Shown: positions 50,301 to 62,042 of the stretch, in pieces
Numbering within the stretch: position 1 is the stretch's first letter
How the letters are laid out: each line of letters opens with the position of its first letter
DNA from: the human T2T-CHM13v2.0 reference genome, Homo sapiens
NCBI RefSeq assembly: GCF_009914755.1
Contig: NC_060935.1
Reading direction: 5' to 3' (one strand)
Length of the DNA stretch: 64,000 nt
Program-made: the position numbers and the translations under genes
The notes under the pieces: model-generated
What the model was told of the DNA's origin: nothing
Databases searched by the model: none
The model's input: only the letters and a program-made list of their open reading frames with translations

Positions 50301-52218
50301 AGCTAAACCCTGCACCCCAGACAACCAGGCAAAGCTCCAGGTCTTGCCATCTTGCAGAATTTCCTGACCTCTTTCCACTGTAAGACTCTCCCTTCCAGGC
50401 CACCCACCTGGGGAACAGGGCCAGCTCTTCTCTTGCAAGAGGAAAAACAAATTGAGATAGGCGAGAAGGAAAAAAGAATAAGGAAGGGAGAACACCCAGC
50501 ACCTATTTCCCAGAAAAGCTGGGCCTTGGACCTACCCCCACCCCATGCCCTCCGGACATTCTCTGAGTGTCCTTTGGAAAGCCCTGGAGGTGCCCACAAC
50601 CCCTTGGGCTTCACCCAGGGTGGGAACTAGGCTAGCAAAAGAGGAAGCCCAAGGGGAATTGTTTTGGAAAGTTACAAGTAGCTGAAAATGGGGGCTCAGC
50701 ACGAGCAAGCTTCCTCAACCTTGACTGTAATAAAAACAGATAATGTGTGAGTGAGCTAGGGAGAGTGCGCTGGCTGGGGCCGCAGAGGCCGGCTAGATGC
50801 AGACGGTTTAGAATTCAGAGGAGATGCCAAGTGAGTAAACAGTGAATGAAGGATTATCTGGATGGGCCAGCAGCCGTTCCGGCAAGAAATTGGACAGGGA
50901 CATGTCGGGATCCACAAGCACTCCTACTCCTCATCAGAGAGCGAGACCTGGTGAGCTATGAGGACCTTGTCCATGCCTTCCCTACCTCTGCTGTCTCTTC
51001 CAGTCGAGACATGGCCTTGGTAATAATGGCTCACATCTGTACAGTGCAGAGCAGTTTATAAAGTGTTCCACAGTTTACTGAGGGTTTCACATGCATTATT
51101 GAATTTAATGGAGGTGATGGTATCTTCTGCTCAGTGACCCCCTCACCTCACCTCACCTCACCTCACCACAGCCACCCCTACCTCCCACAATTCCTGGCCT
51201 AGGGAGGCCTGGTGCATCTGGCTTCAGTATTCAGCCTCAAAAGAGGAGGAAGGGGAGACTGGCCATCTGTAGACCCCAGAGAGCTGCTAAGCCCAGAAGT
51301 CATCAAGGCCAAAGCCATTCAGGATGGAAAGGGCCAGGTGCCAGCTCTGAGCTGGGAGCCCAGACTGAAGAGTGGCTAGCCAGGAGTTAGCTCGGAACCT
51401 GACACACTCCCCACCCACCTTGATCCCAAAGCTGATGAGCCACCTGAGCAGCTGTGAAAATGATCACGTCTGTCAGAGCAGCAGGAGCCCAAGAAAGGAG
51501 GGGCTCAGAATGGGGAGGGGGCTCTTCACCGGGAATGCGGAGCAGAGGCAGGATCAGGGACGTGTGATGATTAAGTGTGGGCCTTGACCACTAGTTACTC
51601 CTATGAATAATGCATTGTTGTGCCTTGGCCTAAATCAGCATCTTATTGTTATTAATAATACACGCTGCAAAGAAGCTGGGGTTGGAACTGTATGCTATGT
51701 TTCATTTGAGGATCTCAGAGCACTTAAAAGCTCCTCATGCTGATGACTCAACTTTATCTCCCCGAGTCATAGGCTTCCTCACGGGCCACCTGCCCGAATG
51801 CCCTTCCACCTGAGGCTTGGAGCCGTGAAGGCCACCAGAGCTAGAAATCTTCCATCCTGGGATTCAAATCCATGGCCAGGGCTTATGGTTGGGGAGGGGA
51901 GTGCATTTAATTTTTGCAAGCTCAAAGGCTCCTGGGGATGCAACATAATGTGAAGCTCCCAGAAAGGTTTCAGGACAGAGATAACTAGTGGGAATCCAGG
52001 GGCGGGAGAAATGGATAGAGAGACCACTGCGGATCTGAATCCTGTTCTGTCACTTCCAGTTGTGTGACCTCAGGCTACTCACTCAACTCTCTGGTCCTAA
52101 GCCTCCTGGCTGGAATGCAGGGTCTAAGATTCCCTCTACGAGATGCCGTTCTATCATATTCAGGGGTATCATTTACACGGCAAATATTAGGATGGAGCCA
52201 TTGAGCGCCCCGCCCCCC

Positions 52219-52239
52219 AGAGCTGTCCAAGGTGCTGAA
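52219..52239 (-). promoter_or_regulatory. RE1/NRSE (REST site), canonical
   Basis: Minus strand TTCAGCACCTTGGACAGCTCT vs consensus TTCAGCACCnnGGACAGCGCC. Confidence 0.9.
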
Positions 52240-52258
52240 ACAGCTGTCGGCCACGCGG

Positions 52259-52279
52259 CTCCTTGTCCTTGGTGCTGAA
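52259..52279 (-). promoter_or_regulatory. Second RE1/NRSE, near-canonical
   Basis: Minus strand TTCAGCACCAAGGACAAGGAG; same orientation, 40 bp from the first. Confidence 0.7.
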
Positions 52280-52479
52280 ACAGAACTCAGTCCTGGGGCT
52301 GCGCCCTCTTCCAGGTCGCCCTTTGCGCAGCTCCCAGCGAGCAGGATCCGAGAGACTGTGCATAGTGATTCCGCCTTCCTCTGCCAATGCCTCCCTGATC
52401 AACCCTCAGCTGAAGCTATGGCAGCACCCAGTGACCTCAAGAGCCCCCTTTCCTCGAGTTAGGTCCTCGGATGCTGAAG

Positions 52480-52745
52480 ACCCCAGTCCTGACTCAGGAC
52501 AAAAAGGGCCGCCCCGCGAACGTGGTAAATACCACGCCCCATTCCCTCCCGGGGGCCCGCCGCACTGCCTCCTGGTGGCTGGCGCGGGCACTGCACCCCG
52601 GCGGGCGCACAGACGGTCCCCAGCGGCGGCCTGGGCCAGCGGCGAAGCAGCGGCAGACGGTTCTCCGGCCCCCGCCGCCCCCTCACCGCTCCCGGGGCAA
52701 TCTGGCGCTCAGAGCTTGCGGCGTTGCCCGACACCCGCACACTCC
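52480..52745. promoter_or_regulatory. Small CpG island adjacent to the RE1 pair (intron 1)
   Basis: Dense CpG, GC-rich ~260 bp. Confidence 0.7.
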
Positions 52746-55700
52746 AGCCTGTCTGACTGCATCCTGGCCGCTTTGGGGCTGCCTGGGTCACAGTGCAGCC
52801 TCAACCCAGCTGGCCAGACCTGGGGCAGGCAAAACTTCCTGCTCCCTCCTCCAAGGTGGGTGGGGAAGGCTTGTTTAAACAAACACCAACCTTTCCTCTG
52901 TGGCAGGGCCAGTCCCGCCAAGATGAACACAAAGGCCTCCCCCAGGGCAGAGGCTCCACACCTCTCCCCCACCCAAACAAGAACTTTGCCCATACCCGCC
53001 CCAGGAAAAAGTGAGGGGTTGCAGGAGAATGCCATAACTGCAGCCCACTCCTGTTCCCCCACCCTACAGGTGGGGCTCTTTGAAAGGCAGATCTGCTTGG
53101 TGTTTCTAGGGGCTGCTTGATATGAACCTTACTGGGTTGTAGAGATTCTCCCCCTTCCAAAAACAAAAAGCAAAACAAATAATACCACGTGAAAAGCCAG
53201 CACCCAAAACCACAGCTTCTCTGGAGTCAAGGGAGTCAAGATAATAGCCTTCAATTACAGTAGACATAGCTGGTATGTATCATTTATTGAGCACTTACTG
53301 TATGCCAAGCACTGTGCTAAGAGCTGTGCAAACATGATCTCATTTAGCCTTCCAGCCACCCTGCCTCCCCAGGAGGGAGCATCATGCTCAGCCTCCTACA
53401 CATGAGGAAAGTGAGGATCAGAAAGGGAGGTGACCGCTCAGGCTGGTGCAGCCAGCGAGTGCTGAGACGGGCATGGGAGAGTGTATCCATCTGCCCTTAC
53501 TCTTGCCATTCAGCTGGATCTACCTCATCATCCTTCCATGTTCTAGAGGCCACACTATGCCTCAGGTTTCTCCAAGACCACTCCAGCCCCCCACCATCCT
53601 CACCTCTTGGCTGAGAGCCACATGAAGGAAGAGAGTAACACCTTGAACTCTGTAGCACTTTACAGCCTGCCAAGTGCTTTCAGAGCCACTGTCTGAATTG
53701 ACCCTCATGATCTTGAGGGGTGAAGTGGGCAGGGATGGCCCTGTTCTGATTTTGTAGGAGAGCAAAGTATGGCTCCAAGGAATAAATGGCTTGCCCCAAG
53801 TCACACAGTGAGCTGTGGAACCAGAACTCAGGCAAAGACGGTGGGACACCCAGTCCAGTGTACTCTTCCCACTTCCCCAAGGCTGGGGTGCTGGGGACAA
53901 GCCAGGCAGGGAGTCCTAGGGGCTTTCATCTCCTGAGGGGCTTCCTGAGGCCATGACCTGGGCTGCTTCCCCACTCCTACTCCCCGGGGTCCATTGGTTG
54001 GCTCAGCTTTAACTTGGAGTCTCGGAGTCTCATTCTAAATGAATTTTTTTTTCCAGGCAATTACCTCCTGCTAATTAGGAGGCAGGGCTGCCAGTCCCTC
54101 GGCCCTGGACTGACCCTTTTCTCAACCCACAGAGGGCAGGGGGGTTGTGGAGGTACTGGGTAGCAGCTCCAGCCACAGAAACTGCCTGGGTCAGGGTTCT
54201 GTCAGGGCAGGGGATGCTGATGGAGGAGCAAAGAGCTCCACAGAACTGGAAGAAGGGAGGCAGGGATGCTGGGGAGGGAGGGACTCTGAAGTGGGAGAGA
54301 GCAAGGGGACAAAAAGCTGGAAGGAGCCTGAACATGTCCATGCAGAGTAAGTGAGAGAGACCTGGGCTCTGGGGCAGCAGAGGGAGCCAGGAGGAGCCAG
54401 AAAAACAGGGACACATCGCAGGAAGAAAGGAGGAATCTCAGGAGCCAGAGAGACAGGAAGGGGTAGGAATCTCCCCTCTATGGAGAGAGAGGAAGTGAGA
54501 AGGTGCCCCAGAAAACGGTCAAGATTACAGAAGGGGCAGAGGCAGAGAGACAGATACTGGAAGACTCCAGGAAAGGGAAGGGGAGAGGAAGGACAGGGAG
54601 GAAGGAGGAATTGCTGAAGGAAAACCCCAGGGAGAAGGGGGAGGAGAGCGGGGGAGGACGGCTTGGAGTGGCAGCTCCCAGAGCCCCAAGAAGGGCTTTC
54701 TCTACGTCATTGTCCTTGAGCTTCCCCCAATGTCAGTGCCCAGCCAGCTGGGCCTGCACACCCTCCTACGCAGCCACAGGTGCGGGCGGGCATGATGGCA
54801 GGCCACCAGCCGGCTCAGGCCCCAGATGCTCCACTCACCTGGGGCAGCCAGCTGACCTCCCTCCCTGCCAACCTGCCACCCCCTCGAGTAGGCTGAGCCA
54901 GGGGCCCTCCTGGGCCACACAGCAACACGACCAGGAACTTCTGGGGCTGTGTCCAGCCTCTCCACTTTTCAGAGGGAGGATCAAGGCACAGAGAGGAAAC
55001 AGTGCCTGTCCAAGGTCAAGTGAGTGATGAGGCCAGATGCAGAGGGCTCAGGGGCTAAGTCCTACTGGTGGGTCCTGTTCCCTTCTGGGCGATGGGCAAC
55101 AACAGGAGACAAAGACAAGTCATGGCTGCCAGCAAGTCAGTCCTGATCAAAGCCCTCTGGAGTGTGGGGTGGCAGGCAGAAGGGAGTGAGGGTGGCCAGA
55201 GGCTGGAAGGGAACCAAAGGAACTCACGTTTGTGGAGCACAGGGTGAGAGGGTTCTGCAAGGGTTATAATTGTAACAAACATTACTGAACACTTACTAGA
55301 TACAGTGTGCCAGCCACTTAAGACATTACATGCAGGATCTCATTTGATCCCAACAACCCTAAAAGTATGTGTCACTATTATTCCATTATAGGGAAAAAAC
55401 TGAGACTCAGGAGGGTTGGGTGACCTGGCCAAGTCCACACAGCTAGCCAGAGGCATGGTTCTGACTCATGCAACTGGTCATTTTGAGGCCACTGCCCTGA
55501 AGACCCCTCAACATTATCTGAAGATGTGCAGGTCCCTGAGTTCCCAAGGTCCCAGAACAGCCCTGGCACAATCTAAGCCCCAAACTCCAGTAGGACTGCA
55601 ATCCATGAGGTCCAAGACTTGAACAAGCCCTGTCTTATGGCGTTAGAGTCTGGTTTTTAGTCTTGGTTCAGCCACTAACTTACTGTGTAACTTTGGACAG

Positions 55701-55789
55701 GTCACTGTTCCTCTCTGGGCCTTCATGTTCCCACCTGTACCATCAAAGGGTAGGACCAGATAAGAAGAACTACTACGTACATAGTGATA

Positions 55790-55990
55790 ACTGTGACAGG
55801 CACAGTTCTAGGTGGTTTACAGATATTAACTCATCGAATTTTCCCAACAGCCCCATGACGGTGCTATTATTCCCTCCATTTTACAGGTGGGAAATGAAGC
55901 ACTGAAAGGTTAAGTCAGTTGCCCAAGGCCACAAAGCAAGTCAGCACAAGGCACATCTGGGATTTGAGCCTCATTACTTTTGATCCAGAG
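55790..55990 (-). mobile_element. MIR
   Basis: ccattttacaggtgggaaatgaagcactgaaaggttaagtcagttgcccaaggccaca. Confidence 0.8.
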
Positions 55991-57324
55991 CCCCTGTGCC
56001 CTGGCCACCACTCTGCATTCTTTCCCTAAGAACCCTCTCAGCCCCTGCTTGGCGCCCCAGCGATGTGTGCCCATGTGCCTCTGCACAGACACACCTACCA
56101 TCGTGTTTCCACATGGGAAGCACACACACAGTCATGCATCTGCATGAAGTGAGGTGTGTTAGCTCATGCTCCCACACCCACTCCTGTGCCTCCACCCAAT
56201 TTCTACCTGAAGTAGCCAGGCTGGGTCACATATGTCCACAAGCATCCCAGCACCAGAACAAGCTGACTCTAGCAGGTCCATGCACACACACACATATACA
56301 CGTGTTCCCGTCTCTGAGCAGTGGTTGACTTGTGGGGGCCATGTGCCATGCTGCAGCACACAGCCATGTGGCAGTGACGTGGGCCACCACACCCCTTCTC
56401 CTCTGCTTCCTTCTAGTGCCTGGGTGGCTGGCACGTCACATCCCGCACCTGCCGGCACCCCCATCCACACTGCCTTCCTCACGCCTCTCCCCTAGCAGAA
56501 GCGGGCACCTTCTCCAGGAAGGAAGCAGACTCAGGCACAGCCTGGCTCCCACGGCCCAAAGATGCCAGCCAACCTGGGGGTGGAGAGGGAGAGAAAGGCA
56601 TCAACTGGAGGCTCCAGGGGGCCTGGGGTCCACAATGGCTCCTATCTGAGACTAAGCCCTCCCTTAGGTCTGAGTGCCAGAGCTGAGCTCTCAAGACCCT
56701 CGAGACACTGGCCCTCTCTGTCATTGCCAGGTATGGGGTCAGATGGGGACCCTGGGGACAGAGGGTCTCCCATCATTCCTGAGCAGGACTGTGTTGCCAC
56801 CTGGGCTCCTCTGACCAAGTTACCATTGCACCCTTCACCACCCTATCCCCGGTCCCTGCTCTCTCCTCCCCCTGCCCAAGCATCTTAGAGTTCTGGGTAT
56901 TTTTAGGCCTCAGCTGACAGGCTGTGAAATCACTCCCTTCGCACCTCCCCAACCAGGCGGGGGCTGGAGAGGGAGGAATGAGGTTGGGGGGGGGGCACAC
57001 AGACAATTCATCAGGCTCCTCCAGGGCTGGCAGGTGCCAAGGAGGGAGAGAGGGGTTCCTCCCCTTCTCCTGAGAGCCTCCCCCATGAGTGAGAGGATCC
57101 CTCCACCTTGCCAGTAGAGAGAATGGAGACAGGGTAGGAAGGAGACTCCCCTCCACTCCAGGAAGAACAAAGGCTTTAGGGGATACCCTAGAATTAGAAG
57201 AGGCACTGGGACACCCTTTGAGTCCAGCTCTGCAGCCAGTACCAACTCGTAGTGCTCCCTTCTGAGAGACGGGCTGAGAGACGGGCTGGCTTAGAGCCTA
57301 GTAGGATAAGGAGGCACCAGGCAA

Positions 57325-57500
57325 CGTAGCCCAGTGGTTAAGACCCAGGCTTTGGAGTGAGGCCGACTTGCAATCTTATTCCTGCTCTACTGAGTGACCC
57401 GGGCAAGACACTCAACCTCTCTGAGTCTCCGTTTCCTCATTTGCACTGCAGTGAATTGGATATCTCCCTTGCAAGACTGCTGTGAAGATGACATAACATG
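57325..57500 (+). mobile_element. MIR
   Basis: gtagcccagtggttaaga...gggcaagacactcaacctctctgagtctccgtttcctcatttg. Confidence 0.8.
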
Positions 57501-57959
57501 ATGAATGGAAAGAACAAGGTGGTCTGTGGACCCACCAGGCACCACTGGGAGCCTCTCCCTTGCAGCTTTCCCTGACCTTCCATTTCTCCTAGCTGCCCCT
57601 TCTCTGGGCTGGCTTTCTCACTGCAATCTCCAAGACAGGAGCCCACAGTTCATCCTGGCGTCAGGGCCCTTGGCACCCATCTGACCCCCACTCAGGGGTA
57701 ACAAATTTCCAACTAAGGTGGGTAGTCAACACAGATGGTCCCCACCTCCCTGCTTCCTGCTGCAGGACACACACACATACACATCATGTGTGCATACATA
57801 CCCAAATGCCAACATGCATGTGTGCTGCCAGCGCCTCAGTGTGAGGGCGTTTGCCTTGGGATGACCCCCAAGGGAAGTGGGAAGACATAACCAGGCCCCG
57901 CTGTGAATGGGTCCCTGTGCCAGTGGCCGTGGGCATGGAGAGGGGGGGTGGCCCGTCTA

Positions 57960-57973
57960 GTTGCCATGGAGAC
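57960..57973. promoter_or_regulatory. RFX X-box
   Basis: GTTGCCATGGAGAC (reverse complement GTCTCCATGGCAAC). Confidence 0.6.
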
Positions 57974-60900
57974 AGGTTGGCTTTGGTGGGGCTCTGGAGC
58001 TCAGGCCTGGCAGCTGGAGCAGGAGCTGTGTGGCCCCTCCTGGGCCTGGCCCTGATGCCTGGGGGGGTTATGTGGGTACAGAACAAATCCTCAAAAGGAC
58101 TAACTGTGTCCACAGGGCCCTGGGCCTGCCCATCTTGGCTCTATATCCCTCACTAGGGAGGCTTTCTCTGATACCCCAGGCACCTGGGAAGCCCCCTCAG
58201 GGTGTTCATTCATGCCCACCTGCATCCGGCTACCCCCTTACTGCCTATAATCTGCTGCAAGCTTTCCAAGGGCAGGGGTCCAGGCTGGCTGGACACTGCA
58301 GATCTCCTGGCAGAGGTAGGGACAGATATGTTAATGGCTGAGATTCTAGCTCCATCTACCCACCTGCCTCCTGACTTCCCACCCTCCACACTACCGTGCT
58401 GTCAAAGTTCTTTATAGAGATCTGCTCAAAAGCCATCCATGGCACTCCATGCCTTACTTTTTAAAAGAATTTCAGTTTTCCTATTTCAAAATGCCAACTC
58501 CTTCATAATCTGGCCCAACCTACCTTCCCAAGCCTCACTTCCTGCTACTGTGCCCCAAAGGTCTCCCTTCTGGCCATGCTCAAGCACTCCCTGCTGCCTC
58601 AACCGGCCAAGATCCCTCGAACCTCTGAGCCACTGCATGTGCTGTCCCCACCTCACCAACTGCCTCACCTCTGCTCGCTCACATGGCAAAGCTCTTATTC
58701 TTCCTTCAGGACTCAAGGCCCTGTATCTGAAGCTCACACCCTTAGGTCTGGCAGCGTGGCTGGAATCCCAGACCTACTTCTAACTGCAAGTTCGCACTTC
58801 CCAAGGTGGTTCTGAGGATGGAGGCGCTAACGCATGTTATGTGCTTAGAACAGCACCTGGCACATAGTGAGCACACAACATGTCTCTGCTATTCTGATGG
58901 TAACCTAACTGACACTGCCTCCATGAAGCCCTCCCCAACTCCTCCACCATGGAGGTAGCAGGCATGTTCTCCTTGGAGGATCCAGAACCCTCATCCCACA
59001 CATCAATTGCTTGGTACAGGACAATGTTGAGAACAGCTACCGCTGGCTGAGTGTTTACTATGGGCTGGCTCTCTGCTAAATACTTTTTCTGCCTTATCTC
59101 ACCTCATCTTCCAACCGCCTGGGAGGTAAGAACCATCATCATACCCATTTAACAGAAGAGGAAACCCAAGGCCAGAGAGGTGGGCTGACCTGCTCCAGAG
59201 ACAGAGCAGCAAGTGTCTCTGCCAGGATTCAAATCAATAGCTGTTTGACACTAGAGCCCTAGCTCAAGCAAGCTGTCCCTGGAGGCACATATGTAAAGTG
59301 CTCAGCACATACTGAGTGCTCCACAAGGCTTGCTATTATCATACTATTGTTATTATCAGGGGAGGACACAGGATGTGTTTGGTGACCTGAGACGGGATTC
59401 CTTAAGCTGGTCCCTCTGCAAAGCACAAAACCCCCATTCCTGGAGAAAGTGTTTCCAAGGGTCCCTTGGCTGCCATCCCTGACCCCCATCCTTGGATGGG
59501 GGTCAGGGATGGTAAGGAGGTGTGCAGGGAGTCCCAGTATCTGGACGCGGGGCACTTCCTCTGAGGGGTGCTGGAGCAAGCAAATGCTTGAGGGGGCCCT
59601 CCCGGGCCCAGGCCTGGCAGAGCGGGAGAGAGCCTGCTATGTGCCAGCCATGCTGGCCGCCGCTCTCTGGCCTCGCTGACACCACCCCATGGTAATGAGA
59701 CGGATCCAATTTGTACCCAGGGCCCCGCCGGGAGCAGCTGCCGCGGCAGGGTTTGAAGTAATTTAATTGGACACATTAGCTGCATGCTCTCTCCTCCACT
59801 CCCCTCGTGCAGAGCCTCATGCAGGCGCCCCTTCTGCCTCCCACCCCTCATGCCACCCTGCCCTGGCTGGTGGCAGGGTGCATGCTCCACCAACCAGCTA
59901 GGACTAACAGGTAGGCACCGTTCCTCTCTCATTCCTGGGGCTCCTGGGGGCTCTAGAACCAGAGGGCTCTCTAGGTCCCAGGTTCTCCCCAATCTCTGAT
60001 GCAAGCAGCAACTATGGCAGCCCACTGGGGCTAGAGTTCAGACCTCTCCCTCCCGTCTCCTACAATGGGCAGAACAGTCACCCCCCTTTCTCCTTCAGTC
60101 AGCCATGGAAGCCACCAGCCTTCTGCACTCCAGGAAGGACACCGAAGGAGCAGGGCCAGCAGCATATGCCTGTTTTACCAGCATCTTTGGTTTTGTCACT
60201 ATTAGGGTTTGTCACTATCAGGGTCACTACAGAGATGATAGGCAGCCCTCCTCTTAGGGCCTGGGGAAGCAGTGCATACACACATGCACAGACCAGACCT
60301 AGTCACAAACACACAGGCGAGATCAGTTTGACCCAGACACATACACACATACTAACAGCCCCACACCGTCATGGAAATGCTTGTATCTTACACATGAAAG
60401 CTCCCATGATCACCCCCGTCCACACCCATGTATGCCACACAGCCAGGTAAGGCCCTGCTCCGAGCAGACGAGGCCTTCATGGCCATGCCAGCAGGTGGGA
60501 GGGTGTGGCAGGGGGTAGGCAGGGTCCCTGGCACACAGGCCCTGCCTGGCCAGGTACAGGGCCGGGGGAGGGGCCCTCCCCTAAAGCTTTCCGTCATAGC
60601 TCCCCACGCACCTCAACGCGCCTCGCTACAAATACACTCATTAGCTGCTGTTTACAGCGGTCCTGGCACTTCGATAAGCACAGATATTATGGCCATCCAG
60701 CTGCCACCCGCACACACACTAGGTACACATACAGACAGTGCCTCTCCCCCTGCCTCCGCCCTCCCCTTCCACCCGTGGGCTCAATCACATGAAGATACCA
60801 ATTCCCCAAACATGCAGCTTTGCAGGGGTTCCAGCTCACAATACCTCAGCTCCCGGTCCATTCTATCCCAAGGGGTCCTTCCAGGTGGAGGCTGCAGAGA

Positions 60901-62028
60901 CTCCCCAGAGCAGGCCGGATGCACCTGCCCGCCTTCCAACCAACTGGACCTGGAATTCCAGGCCAAAGCTCTGGGCACAGTCCAGCCCTTTCCACAAGTC
61001 CCATGCTGTCTGCCAACTCTGTTCCAGCCCTTGGGGAATTCTGCTGGGTGAGACCAAAGCCCTGCCCTGCAGACACTAGTTGGACAGGGCCCAGCAGGGC
61101 TGCCCCTGCTGCCTGGAAGGTCAGGGACCTCCATGCCCACGGAACTGGCAGAATTCACCTGGCATCACCAGCTGGGGTTCCCTGGCAAGGCAGGCAGGCA
61201 CCCGGGCTGGGCCTGGCACAGGCTGGTGCCGGCACCTGGCCAGACCAGTGACTGCCCCGACGAGAGAAAGTTGACCTCTCGGCCACATATGCCACCTGCC
61301 GGGCACTGTCTGTGGAGCAGAGGACCAGCTCTATACAGGGCTGCCCATGCCCACCTGTGATGCCACAGTGCTCTGAGGAGCCATCAAGCCAACTCATTCT
61401 CCAGCTGGGGGTCATCAGCTCCGGACTGGGCCTCCCGCCCCCACGTGACCCCTCCCAGCTCTTCTCCCTGCTGTTCTTCTGTTCTTGGCCTCACTCCCCT
61501 GGGGGAACCAGTTATTGAAAACGAAAACGGTCCATCAGATTCAATAAGGATTCAAAGTCCGTGAGAGAATAGGGGGTGGGTGGGGAGTAGGATGGGGGGA
61601 CTCAGGAGGGGCAGGAGGGGGAGGGAACCATATACGGCTCCTCTGCCTGTTCCACACAACATCCTGCAATGGCCGGGCTAGAGGGTGTAACAAGGAGACA
61701 GCCCCCACTGGCACTCCATGTTGCCCTCAATGCCCCTTAAGCCTGAGCTTGGGGTCAGCCAGGAGCAGAACCCAGCTGCCCAGGGCCTGTCTTTGCTCAC
61801 CCAGCACCCACCTATTGACCTGCCTTCCAGCTGTCCCCTTACCTGTCACCTACTGGCCTGTACGTTCCCACCTCAATCCGGCCTGCTCTAACCCCCTCCC
61901 CAGTATGAGGAGGGGCTTTGGGGCTATCTCCCTCCCCACTATGCCCCAGCCCTCAAGCGGGCAGCTTGTTGATCAAGCTTCCCTGCAAGGCCACAGAACA
62001 GTGTGAACCAGGGCCCTGGAGGGGGCCT

Positions 62029-62042
62029 GTCTCCATGGTAAC
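62029..62042. promoter_or_regulatory. RFX X-box
   Basis: GTCTCCATGGTAAC. Confidence 0.6.

Noticed and set aside
52263-53120. 285-aa plus-strand ORF
   Set aside because: TTG start, crosses a CpG island where stops are rare, no recognisable homology.
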